A DNA stretch of 64,000 nt from Verrucomicrobiota bacterium (GTDB lineage: Bacteria > Verrucomicrobiota > Verrucomicrobiia > Verrucomicrobiales > DEV007): contig JASFYY010000089.1 in assembly GCA_045046875.1 (NCBI GenBank), forward strand, positions 1-64,000, given 5' to 3'. The position numbers were made by a program, and so were the translations under genes. Shown here piece after piece: positions 9,896 to 20,134 of this stretch. The stretch's first letter is position 1. Each line of letters begins with the position of its first letter. Under the pieces are notes generated by a model. It saw only the letters and a list, made by a program, of their open reading frames with translations, was not told the DNA's origin and did not search any database.

Positions 9896-12800
9896 TTATC
9901 CTTCCCTCAAAATCTCGACTCCGTTTAGCACCGGCATTTGAGCGGCGGTGGGGTTTTTGGTTTTGGAGAACTGTTCGAGTTTTAAAACATCAGTGACTTC
10001 GATGCCTTTGAACTCCAGCACTTGAGCTGTTTGTTCGCCTGGCAGGATTTGGATGTTGTCGGCGACCACTTTGCCCTGCAGACGCAGATTAAAATGGCGT
10101 TCGACGGCTTGATCCGCTGCCAGTTGTTTGTCCTTCGTTTCGGGGGCGGCCATGTGGATGCGCACGGTGTATTTGGCTGGTGTATCGCTTTTGCCCAGCA
10201 GGGGGATGCGGCTCATCCGCACACCGTTGCCCCAGGAGGCATAGACCCAATTGGGAGCTTGGCCGGATTGGCTTGGGGACATGTCGATGTTGTCCGCATT
10301 GTGCGTCACGTAGCCGCCGCCTTTTTCAAAAGCGACTTGGGCGTTGAATTCCAGATCCAGACTGGTTTTACGTTCCGGGCGAGGGCGAGGGTAGGCGATC
10401 CAGGCGGTGCCGTCGGCGGCGCGGCGGTCGCCGGGGGCGCCGAAGTTGAGGTGTAATTCCTTGACCGGAGTTTTGGCTCCAACGGAAGAGGCGATGTGCC
10501 AGTCCTTGCGATCGGCGCGCGGTTCCATCACGATGGTGGACGAGATCGAAAACAGACAGACACAACCCGCCGAGGATTCCGGCACCGAGATCAGGCCGTT
10601 GCCGGGGATGGCATTGATCCAACAACCGGTGCGGTGTCCGGAAAAGTGCTTGGCGCCAATATCATCATTGAGGTCGTAAAAACTGGTGTAACGAGAGCGG
10701 AAGGTGAGCATGTTGGGAGTGCCGGCGATCATACCGCAGTGGTGACCGTCACGCATGATGCTCCAGGGTTCGTCCTTGCCGGTGATCGGGTGTTTGCGCA
10801 TTTTTTGTTTGCCGGTGTAGAGGTCGTAGGACCAGGGCTCGGCGATGATCTGGTCATCGACGATGATGGGGCGGTTGCGGTAGTTGCCGTCGCGCACCCA
10901 GAGCTGGTTGCCGTTGCCGCCAGAAAGCGCGAGCAAGCGGCGTTTGGCAAATTCGCCGGCCATGAATTGGGTCCAGTAGTGCCCGTTGGCATTGGCACCG
11001 CAAAGCAGCAGCACGTTGTTTCTGAATAGCAGGGTTAGTTTTCCGCCGCCGATGCCGATTTCAGAACAGTCGGTTACATCCACCGCTTTTTCCCAAAGCT
11101 TTTCCCCAGTGCGGCTGTTGAGCGCGATCGCCAGACGCAGATCCTGGTTTTTGAGTTCTGCTTCAGCTTTTTTGCGCCCGGCTTCGTCGAGGTCTTGGAA
11201 CTTGGATTTATCCTGGCGAAGAATGGTTTGACGTTGTTCGCCGGTGATCGAGCTGTCGATGAAATAGACCGCGTCATCGCCGATGGCGATGGTCTGGTGT
11301 TCGATGGTTTTGCTGCCACGGTAGGCCCATAGGTGTTTGCCGGTTTTGACATCGATGGCAAAAATGCCATCGGTTTGGTCATCGGTGCGACGCCCACGGC
11401 GTTTGATTTTGGCTTCGTTGCGCACCGACGCGGCACCGAAGAGGATGCCGTCGCGGTAGGAGACATAACCCCACTGGTGGCCTCCTTCTTTCCGAAATTC
11501 TTCAGGCAAAAGGTGGGCGGCTATTTCTTTTCCGGTGGCTGCATCGATTTGATAACAGATGTTTTCCTCCATGAAAAACAAGCTGTCGTCGCTGGCTACG
11601 AGGTTGCCGGGATTGACATTGTTGAATACCCCGGTGCGGATGGACTTGGGATTGCTGCGTTCCCACAGGAAGAGTCCGTTGTAAGCATCGTAGGCAAGAA
11701 TGGTGTCCTCGCCCTGAACGATGAGGCGGCCGTTGATCGCCAGTGGGCTGACCGCGCCGTCGTGGCGGTTGACCACTTTGTCCTCACCGGGATCACCATA
11801 CCAGAGCACGCCAAGTCCTCCTTTGATGCGGTAGTCGTAACTGGTGGCGGTGTTTCCCGCTTCACCGTATTGATGAGACCAAGAGCCTGCGCCGGGCAGT
11901 GCGCCTCGGGTCAGCAGGGCGATTTTATTTTTTTCGCTGAGTTGGGTTTCACTTCCCAGTCCGGAGTTTTTCAGCCACTGAGAAAGGGTTTTGTTGGAGT
12001 CGGCTGTGGGTCCGAGGGCGATCACTCCACCGAGAGGTTTGATGCAATGGGCGATGTCCTTCGATGCGAAGCCTACAGGAAGTTTGCCGGTTTTGATCAA
12101 CGTATCGGATACCACCAGATTGGCAAAGTAGTTGGGGTAGGGGATGTCCGAGAGCGGTCCGTGGTGGATGGTGATGCGGTTGCCATAATACCCTGCCTGG
12201 GTGAGACGCTCACGGGCAGCAGCCACTTTTTTGCCATCGGGTTCCACTGCATAAATTTCGAGATCGGAGCGGTTGGCCAGTTCCCAGGCGAGGCGGCCGT
12301 CTTCGTTGCCCAGCACCAGACAGAAGCCTTTTTTGGCTGAGGTGGTGGCGAGGATCGCTTCAGCGGCGGCGGCGTATTTTCCGCTCAATTCGTCTTTGGG
12401 GAAGGGATCAGTGACGATTTTTTTCGAGTGAGGGTTTTGTGTTTTTCCTTTGCTGGAAAAACATACGACGTCGCCGGTGGTGGTCGAGACGATCAGTTTG
12501 CCGTTGGCCACGGCGAGTCCGCGGGCATCCCCATCCACTTTGGCGGTCCAGGTCTGCTTGCCGCTTTTGAGGTCAAAGGCGCTGACTTCGTTTTTGCCTC
12601 CGGCGAAGAGTGTATTGCCAGCTATGATCAAGCGGCTTTGGTGGGTGGAGGGGGTTTTCCAGATAAAACCAATCTCAGCAATTTTATCAATGGCGGCGGC
12701 TTTTTCCCGGATCTGATCCTGGATCTTTTTTTTGTCCGCGGCATCCTTGACCCCGCGGATTTCGCGAAAGAGTAATTCTTTTTCGCCTTCGAGTTTGTGG

Positions 12801-13867
12801 CGGATACGGCTGTTCTCCGCATAGACCTGGCGGTCGATGCGGGCGATGGTTTTGCCATTGGCGACAAAGGCGGCTTTGTCTTTAACCGCCATTTGACGTC
12901 CGGCAAACCAACCAAAACCCACTTTGCCGTCTTTTTGATTCATCGCCAGGATGTGGTGGGCTCCCCAGGAATAAATCTGATCATCGGCGAGCAGAGCCTG
13001 GGTGCCTCCGACCACTCCGCCTGCGGCGCTGCGCCAACTGTGATTGCTTTTGAATTTGAACGCCCCGTTTTTGCGATCAAAGACTCCGGGCAAGGTGCGT
13101 CCTGAGGGGATGACCAGCAGCTCGTGATTGGTCAGCATGTAACCCTGGGGAGAGAGGTCGTTGCGACCGGCTCGTTGCTGGCTGATGTTGTCGAGTTTCC
13201 ACAGCACTTTGCCATCTGAGGCGCGCACGGCGTAGAGGTAGATCAGTTCATGGGGGAAAACCCCCGCACCAAAATACGCTACGGCTCCGTGTTCCTTGTC
13301 GGCAGTGACCGAGACGCCGGTGCGCACCGGCCAACGGGAAATCAATTGTTGTCTGCCGAGGATGCGTTCGTCCGAGGGGCCGGGGCGCAGTTTCCATACA
13401 AGATCGCCCTTGTCTGCATTGAGGCAATAAACGTAACCGTCGTCGGAGCCAACATAAACTTTGCCATCATGGACAGTAGGGGCGAGACGGATGGCGGCTT
13501 CGGTAAAAAAGGTCCAAAGGGATTTCCCCGTTTCGAGATCGACGCAGCGCAGGGCGTGATCGACAGAGGAGCCGTAGTAGAGCTTTTGTTCAACCACAGC
13601 GACCTGGAAAGCGTCGTCGAAGGTATTGCGGCGGCGCAGTTTTTTTCCTTCGAGCGTGCGGTTCTTGGGGCCGGGCCAGGCTTGTGTGGGTTTTTCTGCC
13701 GGGGATAAAGTCCACTGTGAGCTGAGCGGCAAGTTGAGTTGCTCGGTGGTGGCTCCCGCGCGGTCGTTCGAGCGTAGATAGGTCGGCCAGTCTTCGGCCT
13801 GAAGCCAGTGAGCTGAGTAGGCGCTGATGGCGCAGATAAGGGCGAAGGGGTGAATCAAGTATTTCAT
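9896..13867 (-). CDS. Large secreted PQQ-like beta-propeller protein with embedded class I SAM-methyltransferase-like domain
   Basis: Signal peptide followed by DWPTY; repeated DxxTGKxLW propeller blades; central KGFCLVLGNEDGRLAWELA...IYAVEPD Rossmann-like segment; second propeller set (WSHQYG); malectin-like C-terminus. Confidence 0.8.
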   Translation of the reverse strand: MKYLIHPFALICAISAYSAHWLQAEDWPTYLRSNDRAGATTEQLNLPLSSQWTLSPAEKPTQAWPGPKNRTLEGKKLRRRNTFDDAFQVAVVEQKLYYGSSVDHALRCVDLETGKSLWTFFTEAAIRLAPTVHDGKVYVGSDDGYVYCLNADKGDLVWKLRPGPSDERILGRQQLISRWPVRTGVSVTADKEHGAVAYFGAGVFPHELIYLYAVRASDGKVLWKLDNISQQRAGRNDLSPQGYMLTNHELLVIPSGRTLPGVFDRKNGAFKFKSNHSWRSAAGGVVGGTQALLADDQIYSWGAHHILAMNQKDGKVGFGWFAGRQMAVKDKAAFVANGKTIARIDRQVYAENSRIRHKLEGEKELLFREIRGVKDAADKKKIQDQIREKAAAIDKIAEIGFIWKTPSTHQSRLIIAGNTLFAGGKNEVSAFDLKSGKQTWTAKVDGDARGLAVANGKLIVSTTTGDVVCFSSKGKTQNPHSKKIVTDPFPKDELSGKYAAAAEAILATTSAKKGFCLVLGNEDGRLAWELANRSDLEIYAVEPDGKKVAAARERLTQAGYYGNRITIHHGPLSDIPYPNYFANLVVSDTLIKTGKLPVGFASKDIAHCIKPLGGVIALGPTADSNKTLSQWLKNSGLGSETQLSEKNKIALLTRGALPGAGSWSHQYGEAGNTATSYDYRIKGGLGVLWYGDPGEDKVVNRHDGAVSPLAINGRLIVQGEDTILAYDAYNGLFLWERSNPKSIRTGVFNNVNPGNLVASDDSLFFMEENICYQIDAATGKEIAAHLLPEEFRKEGGHQWGYVSYRDGILFGAASVRNEAKIKRRGRRTDDQTDGIFAIDVKTGKHLWAYRGSKTIEHQTIAIGDDAVYFIDSSITGEQRQTILRQDKSKFQDLDEAGRKKAEAELKNQDLRLAIALNSRTGEKLWEKAVDVTDCSEIGIGGGKLTLLFRNNVLLLCGANANGHYWTQFMAGEFAKRRLLALSGGNGNQLWVRDGNYRNRPIIVDDQIIAEPWSYDLYTGKQKMRKHPITGKDEPWSIMRDGHHCGMIAGTPNMLTFRSRYTSFYDLNDDIGAKHFSGHRTGCWINAIPGNGLISVPESSAGCVCLFSISSTIVMEPRADRKDWHIASSVGAKTPVKELHLNFGAPGDRRAADGTAWIAYPRPRPERKTSLDLEFNAQVAFEKGGGYVTHNADNIDMSPSQSGQAPNWVYASWGNGVRMSRIPLLGKSDTPAKYTVRIHMAAPETKDKQLAADQAVERHFNLRLQGKVVADNIQILPGEQTAQVLEFKGIEVTDVLKLEQFSKTKNPTAAQMPVLNGVEILREG

Positions 13868-14051
13868 AGGGTGAGGGGAGCGAAGGGGGGGGAATCAACT
13901 AGCTTGGGGAAAAAGAAACTATGGCTGGCGCGGGTGATGCCCGCAAGTGCAAAAAGGTAGCTTGTCACGGGGTGTGGTGATGGGTCTAGTAAATTGCACG
14001 TGGACAGGAGGGCTTTGTGGCTTTAATTTGCATCGCCTTTCGATTTTTTTC

Positions 14052-16928
14052 ATGCCCCCCATGTTGCCCATTTTGTCGCGTGTTTTATGCCTAGGTTTAG
14101 CCTTCTGGCTAATAGGTGGGCGGGGTTTGTACGCGGCAGAGAAGTCGGTGTTTTTTGAAACAGCCATCGCTCCGATTTTAAAGCAGCACTGTTCCGATTG
14201 TCACAATCCGGATAAACGTAAAGGGGAGCTCGATCTCTCCACGACGGAGTCACTGATGCGCGGCGGAGAGAGCGGAGCGGTTTTCAAAGCAGGTGAACCT
14301 GAACAGAGTCACCTCTATGAACTGACCCACAAGGGGGAGATGCCTAAGAAGGGCGACAAACTTTCACACCAGCAGGTTGAAACGATCCGGCATTGGATCG
14401 AGGGCGGAGCACGTTTTCAGAATCCACCGAAGATCGCGGAAAAAAAACTCAATCAACACGATGTATTGCCCATTGTTTTATTGAGATGCACTGTTTGTCA
14501 TGGCCCGCGCCGCCAGGACGGTGGCCTCGATTTGCGAACTCCGGCGGCGATGCTTAAAGGCGGGGAAAACGGCCCGGCGCTGATCGTAGGAAAACCTGAT
14601 GACAGTTTGATGATCCGACGCATCGAGAGTCAGGCTTGTCCGCCACGCGATTTGTTATTGAAGTATTTTGTCAAACGCCCACCGTCTTCCGAGACAAAAA
14701 CCCTGCGTGATTGGATATCTGCGGGAGCGCCGGTGGTCGATATCGCGCCGGATGTGGCTACGACAGCGGGAGACCCTTTGGTCTCTGCGGATGATCGTCA
14801 GCACTGGGCTTTTATAAAATCAAAAGCGAAGCCGGGTGCTAAGTCGATCGACGAGTTTATCTTGTCGAAATTAAAACAAAAGGGTTTGTCTTTCTCAAGT
14901 GAGGCTAATCGCGATACGCTCATTCGCCGTGCTTACATTGATTTGGTAGGCTTGCCTCCTGACCTCGCCGAGTGGCAAAAGTGGCGCAGTGATAAAAATC
15001 CGGATTGGTATAAAAAGATGATCGATCATTTGCTCGCTTCCCCTCACTATGGTGAGAGGTGGGGGCGTTATTGGCTCGACTTGGCCGGATACGCAAACTC
15101 GGAGGGGGGCGTGTCCGCTGATACGATTCGTCAGGTGGCGTGGAAATACCGCGACTATGTGATCAAATCTTTCAATCAGGATAAAGCTTACGATCGTTTT
15201 TTGTTGGAGCAGATCGCGGGTGACGAACTGATCGATTATGAAAATGCATCGGTGATCACTGATGAGATGGTCGACAACCTGGTGGCCACCGGGTTTCTGC
15301 GCATGGGCATCGACCAGACCGGATCGCGCACGATGAATTTTGTCCCCGAGCGACTTGGGGTGATCGGGGATGCGATCAATGTTCTCGGTTCCGGCATCAT
15401 GAGTCTCACGCTGGAGTGTGCGCGTTGTCACACCCACAAATACGACCCCATTCCGCAGCGGGATTATTACCGCTTGAAGGCGGTATTCCAGGGAGCTTTT
15501 GATGAACACGATTGGATGAGTTTCAAAACCCGTTCGTTGAATGTGGCCACCTTGGAACACAAAAAGCGTATCAGCGAGATCAATCCGGCTTATCAGGCTC
15601 AGCTCAAAAAACTCAAGTCCAGACAAATCAAAGCGGTGCGCAAGGCCCAGCTTACCTTGATGCGCCAGCACTTCCCGGATCAGTCAGAAGCTGATCGAAA
15701 GGAAACCATCATTGCGCTGAAAAAGGCCGATAATCAACGCACCCGGACGCAGGCAATTTTGGTGGAAAAATATTTACGTGCCGACTTGTTGCCGGATTCC
15801 GATCAACCGGAAGCTGTTTTGTCAGCGCGGCAATTACTTCAGGAGGTGGCGAGGGACATTGGTCGGGTGGAGGGCCGGATGGAAGCGCCGGTTGCCATTC
15901 GTGCTTTGTGGGATCGAGGGCAGCCTTCGCCAACTTATATTCTGCGCCGGGGGGAATACAATAAACCCGGGCGACTGGTGGGCCCCGGAGTGCCGACCGC
16001 TCTCACGGATGGGCACACCCCCTTTGTGGTCGAGCAACCTTTCCCTAATGGCACAAGCAAGACGGGGCGGCGGCTCGCTTTTGCCCGTTGGTTGACCCAG
16101 GCCGATCATCCGTTGACTTCACGGGTGATGGTCAACCGGATCTGGAAACATCATTTTGGCATCGGCTTGGTGAAGAGTTTGGAAAATTTTGGGGTGCAGG
16201 GAGAGAAGCCCAGTCACCCGGAACTGTTGGACTGGTTGGCGGTTCAATTTGTCGAGAGTGGTTGGAGCATTAAGGAGGTGCACCGGTTGTTGATGAATTC
16301 GCAAAGTTATAAACAATCGAGCATCATCAGTGACGAGCGCTTGACGCTGGATCCGCAAAACCGTCTGATTTCCCGCATGCCGATGCGGAGGATGAATGCC
16401 GAAGCCCTGCGCGATTCTCTGTTATTTGTTTCCGGTAAACTTGAAGACCGCCCCGGCGGTCCACCGGATCGGGTCACCGCCAAACGTGACGGCTTGGTGG
16501 TGGTCAATGAATCGGCGAAAGGGGGCTGGCGGCGCAGCATTTATCTGCAATACCGCCGCACTGAGATTCCGACCATGATGGATACTTTTGACTATCCTGA
16601 AATGGGCCCCAACTGCATCGCCCGAAATATTTCCACCGTGTCGCCGCAGTCCCTGATGCTGATGAATAATCAGCATGTGCGCGATTTGGCAGCCGCCTTT
16701 GCCGCGCGAATTAACAAATCCCTGGGCAAAAGAAACAATGATCCCGGCGCACAAGTCACTGCCGTTTATCACCTCGCCCTGAGCCGACCTCCAAGCGAGG
16801 AAGAGCTTCGCCTGGGCACCGCCACCCTGAAAGATCTGACGCTTGATTGGCAGGGAGACAAAAACGGTCCGCTGGTCACCTATTGTCATACCCTGCTCAA
16901 CTCCGCAGCCTTCCTTTATATCGACTGA
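14052..16928 (+). CDS. PSD1 / planctomycete cytochrome C domain protein (2x PSCyt1 + DUF1549 + DUF1553)
   Basis: CxxCH motifs CSDCH, CTVCH and CARCH; HWAF; LIRRAYIDLVGLPP; YGERWGRYWLD; RVMVNRIWKHHFG; PSHPELLDWLA; RRSIY. Confidence 0.93.
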   Translation: MPPMLPILSRVLCLGLAFWLIGGRGLYAAEKSVFFETAIAPILKQHCSDCHNPDKRKGELDLSTTESLMRGGESGAVFKAGEPEQSHLYELTHKGEMPKKGDKLSHQQVETIRHWIEGGARFQNPPKIAEKKLNQHDVLPIVLLRCTVCHGPRRQDGGLDLRTPAAMLKGGENGPALIVGKPDDSLMIRRIESQACPPRDLLLKYFVKRPPSSETKTLRDWISAGAPVVDIAPDVATTAGDPLVSADDRQHWAFIKSKAKPGAKSIDEFILSKLKQKGLSFSSEANRDTLIRRAYIDLVGLPPDLAEWQKWRSDKNPDWYKKMIDHLLASPHYGERWGRYWLDLAGYANSEGGVSADTIRQVAWKYRDYVIKSFNQDKAYDRFLLEQIAGDELIDYENASVITDEMVDNLVATGFLRMGIDQTGSRTMNFVPERLGVIGDAINVLGSGIMSLTLECARCHTHKYDPIPQRDYYRLKAVFQGAFDEHDWMSFKTRSLNVATLEHKKRISEINPAYQAQLKKLKSRQIKAVRKAQLTLMRQHFPDQSEADRKETIIALKKADNQRTRTQAILVEKYLRADLLPDSDQPEAVLSARQLLQEVARDIGRVEGRMEAPVAIRALWDRGQPSPTYILRRGEYNKPGRLVGPGVPTALTDGHTPFVVEQPFPNGTSKTGRRLAFARWLTQADHPLTSRVMVNRIWKHHFGIGLVKSLENFGVQGEKPSHPELLDWLAVQFVESGWSIKEVHRLLMNSQSYKQSSIISDERLTLDPQNRLISRMPMRRMNAEALRDSLLFVSGKLEDRPGGPPDRVTAKRDGLVVVNESAKGGWRRSIYLQYRRTEIPTMMDTFDYPEMGPNCIARNISTVSPQSLMLMNNQHVRDLAAAFAARINKSLGKRNNDPGAQVTAVYHLALSRPPSEEELRLGTATLKDLTLDWQGDKNGPLVTYCHTLLNSAAFLYID

Positions 16929-16932
16929 GCCA

Positions 16933-18399
16933 ATGAAGCACAAACCCTCCTCATTCAATCCGAGCCGCCGCGATTTTTTTGCGCGCACCTGCGACGGAGT
17001 TTTTGGCATGGGCTTGGCTCATTTGCTCAGCAATGATTTTCTTGGTGGGGCTTCAGTTTACGCCGGGGAAGGGGAGGCACCGGCACCGAGTTATGACTTG
17101 AAACCCAAAAAAGGCCATTTCCCGGCGAAAGCCAAATGTGTCATTCAGATTTTCATGAATGGTGGGCCGAGCCAGATGGATTTGTTCGATCCCAAACCGG
17201 TGCTCAATCGCATGGATGGCAAACCTTATCCGGGTAATCCTGAGGATCTGGGCAACCAGGGTACGGATAGCATTGGGGTGATGATGGGCGGGCAATACCC
17301 TTTCAAACAACACGGCCAATCAGGCATGTGGATGGCCGACGTGCTGCCGCATACTGCCAAAATGGCGGATGATATCTGTTTGATCAATTCGATGTGGACC
17401 GATCATCCGAATCATGACAACGCGTTATACAAAATTCACAGTGGGCGCCTTTTCATGGGTTACCCCACTCTTGGATCGTGGACAGTTTACGGTTTGGGTT
17501 CGGAGAATCAAAACCTGCCCGCTTATGTAGTGCTCAACGATCCGCTCGGCATGCCTAAAAACGGCACGCGTAACTGGACCTCCGCATTTTTGCCGCCGAC
17601 TTACCAAGGCACCCGCTTCCGTCCGACCGGTTCGCCGATATTGAATCTCAAACCGCAGTATGAACAACCTTCCGCGGTCACGGCTTCGGCCAGGGCTTTA
17701 TTAAATCAGCTCGATGAAGATCATCGCAAAAAACGTCCGCATTATCCCGAGCTCGATGCGCGTATCGAATCCTATGGACTCGCTGCGCGCATGCAGTTGT
17801 CGGCCGATGAAGCGCTTGATATTTCCAAAGAACGCCCTCACACCCTGGAGATGTTCGGAGTGGGAGAAAAGGCCACCGACTCCTTTGGGCGACGGTGCCT
17901 GTTGGCTCGCCGGTTGGTTGAGCGCGGAGTTCGTTTTATTCAAATTTTCCTCGAACAGCAACCTTGGGACAGTCACGTGGACCTCGCGGCCAATCACCGG
18001 GCGGCCTGTGAGCGCACCGATAAACCGGTTGCGGGATTGTTGCGGGATTTAAAACAACGTGGTTTGCTCGACAGTACTTTGGTTATATGGGGTGGAGAAT
18101 TCGGTCGCACACCGACTTCGCAAAAAACCGGTGATCTATACACTGGCCGCGACCACAATATGCAGGCCTTTACTTCGTGGATGGCCGGAGGTGGTATCAA
18201 GGGTGGCACCACTTATGGCAAAACCGATGACTTTGGTCATGCGGTGGTGGAGAACCCTGTCAGCGTGCATGATTTTCATGCGACCATCCTGCATACGCTT
18301 GGGCTCGATCATGAAAAGCTATTTTTCAAACGCAACGGGTTGCCTGAAAAACTCACCGGAATCGATCCTCCACGGGTGGTGACTGATATTTTGAGTTGA
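16933..18399 (+). CDS. DUF1501 domain-containing protein (Tat-exported)
   Basis: SRRDFF Tat motif; FMNGGPSQMDLFDPKP; LLARRLVERGVRF; WDSH; GEFGRTP; GRDHN. Lies directly downstream of the PSD1 gene. Confidence 0.93.
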   Translation: MKHKPSSFNPSRRDFFARTCDGVFGMGLAHLLSNDFLGGASVYAGEGEAPAPSYDLKPKKGHFPAKAKCVIQIFMNGGPSQMDLFDPKPVLNRMDGKPYPGNPEDLGNQGTDSIGVMMGGQYPFKQHGQSGMWMADVLPHTAKMADDICLINSMWTDHPNHDNALYKIHSGRLFMGYPTLGSWTVYGLGSENQNLPAYVVLNDPLGMPKNGTRNWTSAFLPPTYQGTRFRPTGSPILNLKPQYEQPSAVTASARALLNQLDEDHRKKRPHYPELDARIESYGLAARMQLSADEALDISKERPHTLEMFGVGEKATDSFGRRCLLARRLVERGVRFIQIFLEQQPWDSHVDLAANHRAACERTDKPVAGLLRDLKQRGLLDSTLVIWGGEFGRTPTSQKTGDLYTGRDHNMQAFTSWMAGGGIKGGTTYGKTDDFGHAVVENPVSVHDFHATILHTLGLDHEKLFFKRNGLPEKLTGIDPPRVVTDILS

Positions 18400-18410
18400 G
18401 CCATGAAATC

Positions 18411-19271
18411 ATGAAACGACGCACTCTCCTCACCACGGCTTTGGCTGGATCGGCTGCGGTGTTGACACCGTCTATCATTCGAGCAAAGAACGAAGCGAAG
18501 AACACCATTATCGATAGCAATGTCGATTTGTTCCGCTGGCCCTTTCGCCGTTTGCCGCTTGATAATACTGAAAAACTGGTCAAAAAAATGCGAGACTTGA
18601 ATATTGGTCAAGCTTGGGCGGGGAGTTTTGAAGGGCTCTTGCAGCGTGATATCAGCAGCGTTAATCGGCGTCTCGCTGAGACTTGTGCGCGATATGAAGA
18701 ACTGATTGCCTTCGGCTCCATCAACCCAAGCTTGCCGGATTGGGAGAACAGTTTGCGGGTGTGTCGGGAAAAGCATCAAATGCCGGGTATTCGTCTGCAT
18801 CCGAACTATCATGCGTATACTCTGGATGATCCGCGCTTTGCCCGCCTGCTGGAACTGGCGGATGAAGCAGGCTTGCTGGTTCAGATTGCGGTGACGATGG
18901 AAGATGTGCGCACCCAGAACCCTCGGCTTCGAGTTGCTGATGTTGATTTGAAACCACTGCCTGCGCTGATAAAAAAGCTGCCCGGACTCAAGGTGCAGCT
19001 GCTCAACTTACGGCCACGGTCGGTGCTGCCAGCAGGGCTGGTCAGCCGTCCTAATCTGAGTTTCGACACGGCGCGGATAGACTCCACTGATGGACTGGCA
19101 AAACTACTGCGCCGCCTGCCGGCTGATCGGCTGATGTTTGGAACCCATGCGCCATTCCTCATCCCTGAAGCGGCGCTGATCCGGGTTGCGGAATCCCGTC
19201 TCAGCGATGTTGAATTAAAATTCCTGCTGAGAGGCAATGCGGAGAAAGTCTTAAAATCGATTCAGCCATGA
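18411..19271 (+). CDS. Amidohydrolase_2-family TIM-barrel protein with Tat-like leader
   Basis: MKRRTLL leader; GIRLHPNYH; RLMFGTHAPF. The metal-binding motif is degenerate. Confidence 0.8.
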   Translation: MKRRTLLTTALAGSAAVLTPSIIRAKNEAKNTIIDSNVDLFRWPFRRLPLDNTEKLVKKMRDLNIGQAWAGSFEGLLQRDISSVNRRLAETCARYEELIAFGSINPSLPDWENSLRVCREKHQMPGIRLHPNYHAYTLDDPRFARLLELADEAGLLVQIAVTMEDVRTQNPRLRVADVDLKPLPALIKKLPGLKVQLLNLRPRSVLPAGLVSRPNLSFDTARIDSTDGLAKLLRRLPADRLMFGTHAPFLIPEAALIRVAESRLSDVELKFLLRGNAEKVLKSIQP

Positions 19272-20125
19272 ACACCCCTTTCGGACAGTTGGGACTGCCT
19301 TCCGTTGGGCAGTTGAAAAAATACCGTATCTGGGATTCCTATTTTCTGCCATCCCATTCCAAACCTGGCAGTGATGGTAGTAGCCTGACCATTGCCGATA
19401 TTGAACGGACTTTAGCAACGATAGAATTGGGGCAATTCGAGCGGCTTTGTTTCTTTTCTCATGTGGGTATCGGAAGCACCACGGACAAGGAGTTTGAGCA
19501 AGCCGTTCGCACCGACCCCCATTTGATTTTAAAACCTCTCGAGCGTTGGCCAGAACTGTTGATTGGAATGATCCAACTCAATCTGAATGACGTGCCCGCC
19601 TCACTTGATGCGCTCGATCGCTGGTTGCGTGACGGCCCGATGCTCGGGGTGTATTTTGCTGGTAGCGGGCCGGGAGCTTTGGCCTGTGATCACCCGAATT
19701 ACGAGCCCTTGATCACACGGATTGAGGAGTTGAAGGGGGTTATCATGCAACACACTTGGTTCATCACCGGAGGCAAGACAAGTCCCACGATTTCAACCCC
19801 GACAGAGTTAGCCACACTGGCAGCAAAGTTTCCCCAGCAAAAGTTTATCTGCGCCCATGCCGGAGGCGAATGGGAGCGTGGCATCCGGGCGGTTCGGGAT
19901 TCGCCGAATATTCTGATAGAGACCTCAGGTTTTGACGCCACCGCAGGTTTCATCGAAATGGCCGTGCGCGAATTGGGGGCGCAACGCATCGTGTTTGGCA
20001 GTCACTTGCCATCGAGATCACTGGGAACAGAGCTGGGTAAGGTTGTTGGAGCAGAGATTTCAGAAAAAGGTAAATTCCAGATCCTTGGCGAAAATTATCG
20101 CCAATTGTTGAAGCCTATTTTATAG
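19268..20125 (+). CDS. Amidohydrolase_2-family protein
   Basis: MQHTW, FICAHAGG, IETSG, ELGAQRIVFGSHLP and ILGENY; ATGA overlap with the upstream gene. Confidence 0.8.
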   Translation: MNTPFGQLGLPSVGQLKKYRIWDSYFLPSHSKPGSDGSSLTIADIERTLATIELGQFERLCFFSHVGIGSTTDKEFEQAVRTDPHLILKPLERWPELLIGMIQLNLNDVPASLDALDRWLRDGPMLGVYFAGSGPGALACDHPNYEPLITRIEELKGVIMQHTWFITGGKTSPTISTPTELATLAAKFPQQKFICAHAGGEWERGIRAVRDSPNILIETSGFDATAGFIEMAVRELGAQRIVFGSHLPSRSLGTELGKVVGAEISEKGKFQILGENYRQLLKPIL

Positions 20126-20134
20126 TGACCGCCC

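Noticed and set aside
11333..12340. 335-aa plus-strand ORF and other ORFs inside the propeller gene
   Set aside because: Antisense shadows expected in GC-rich coding DNA.
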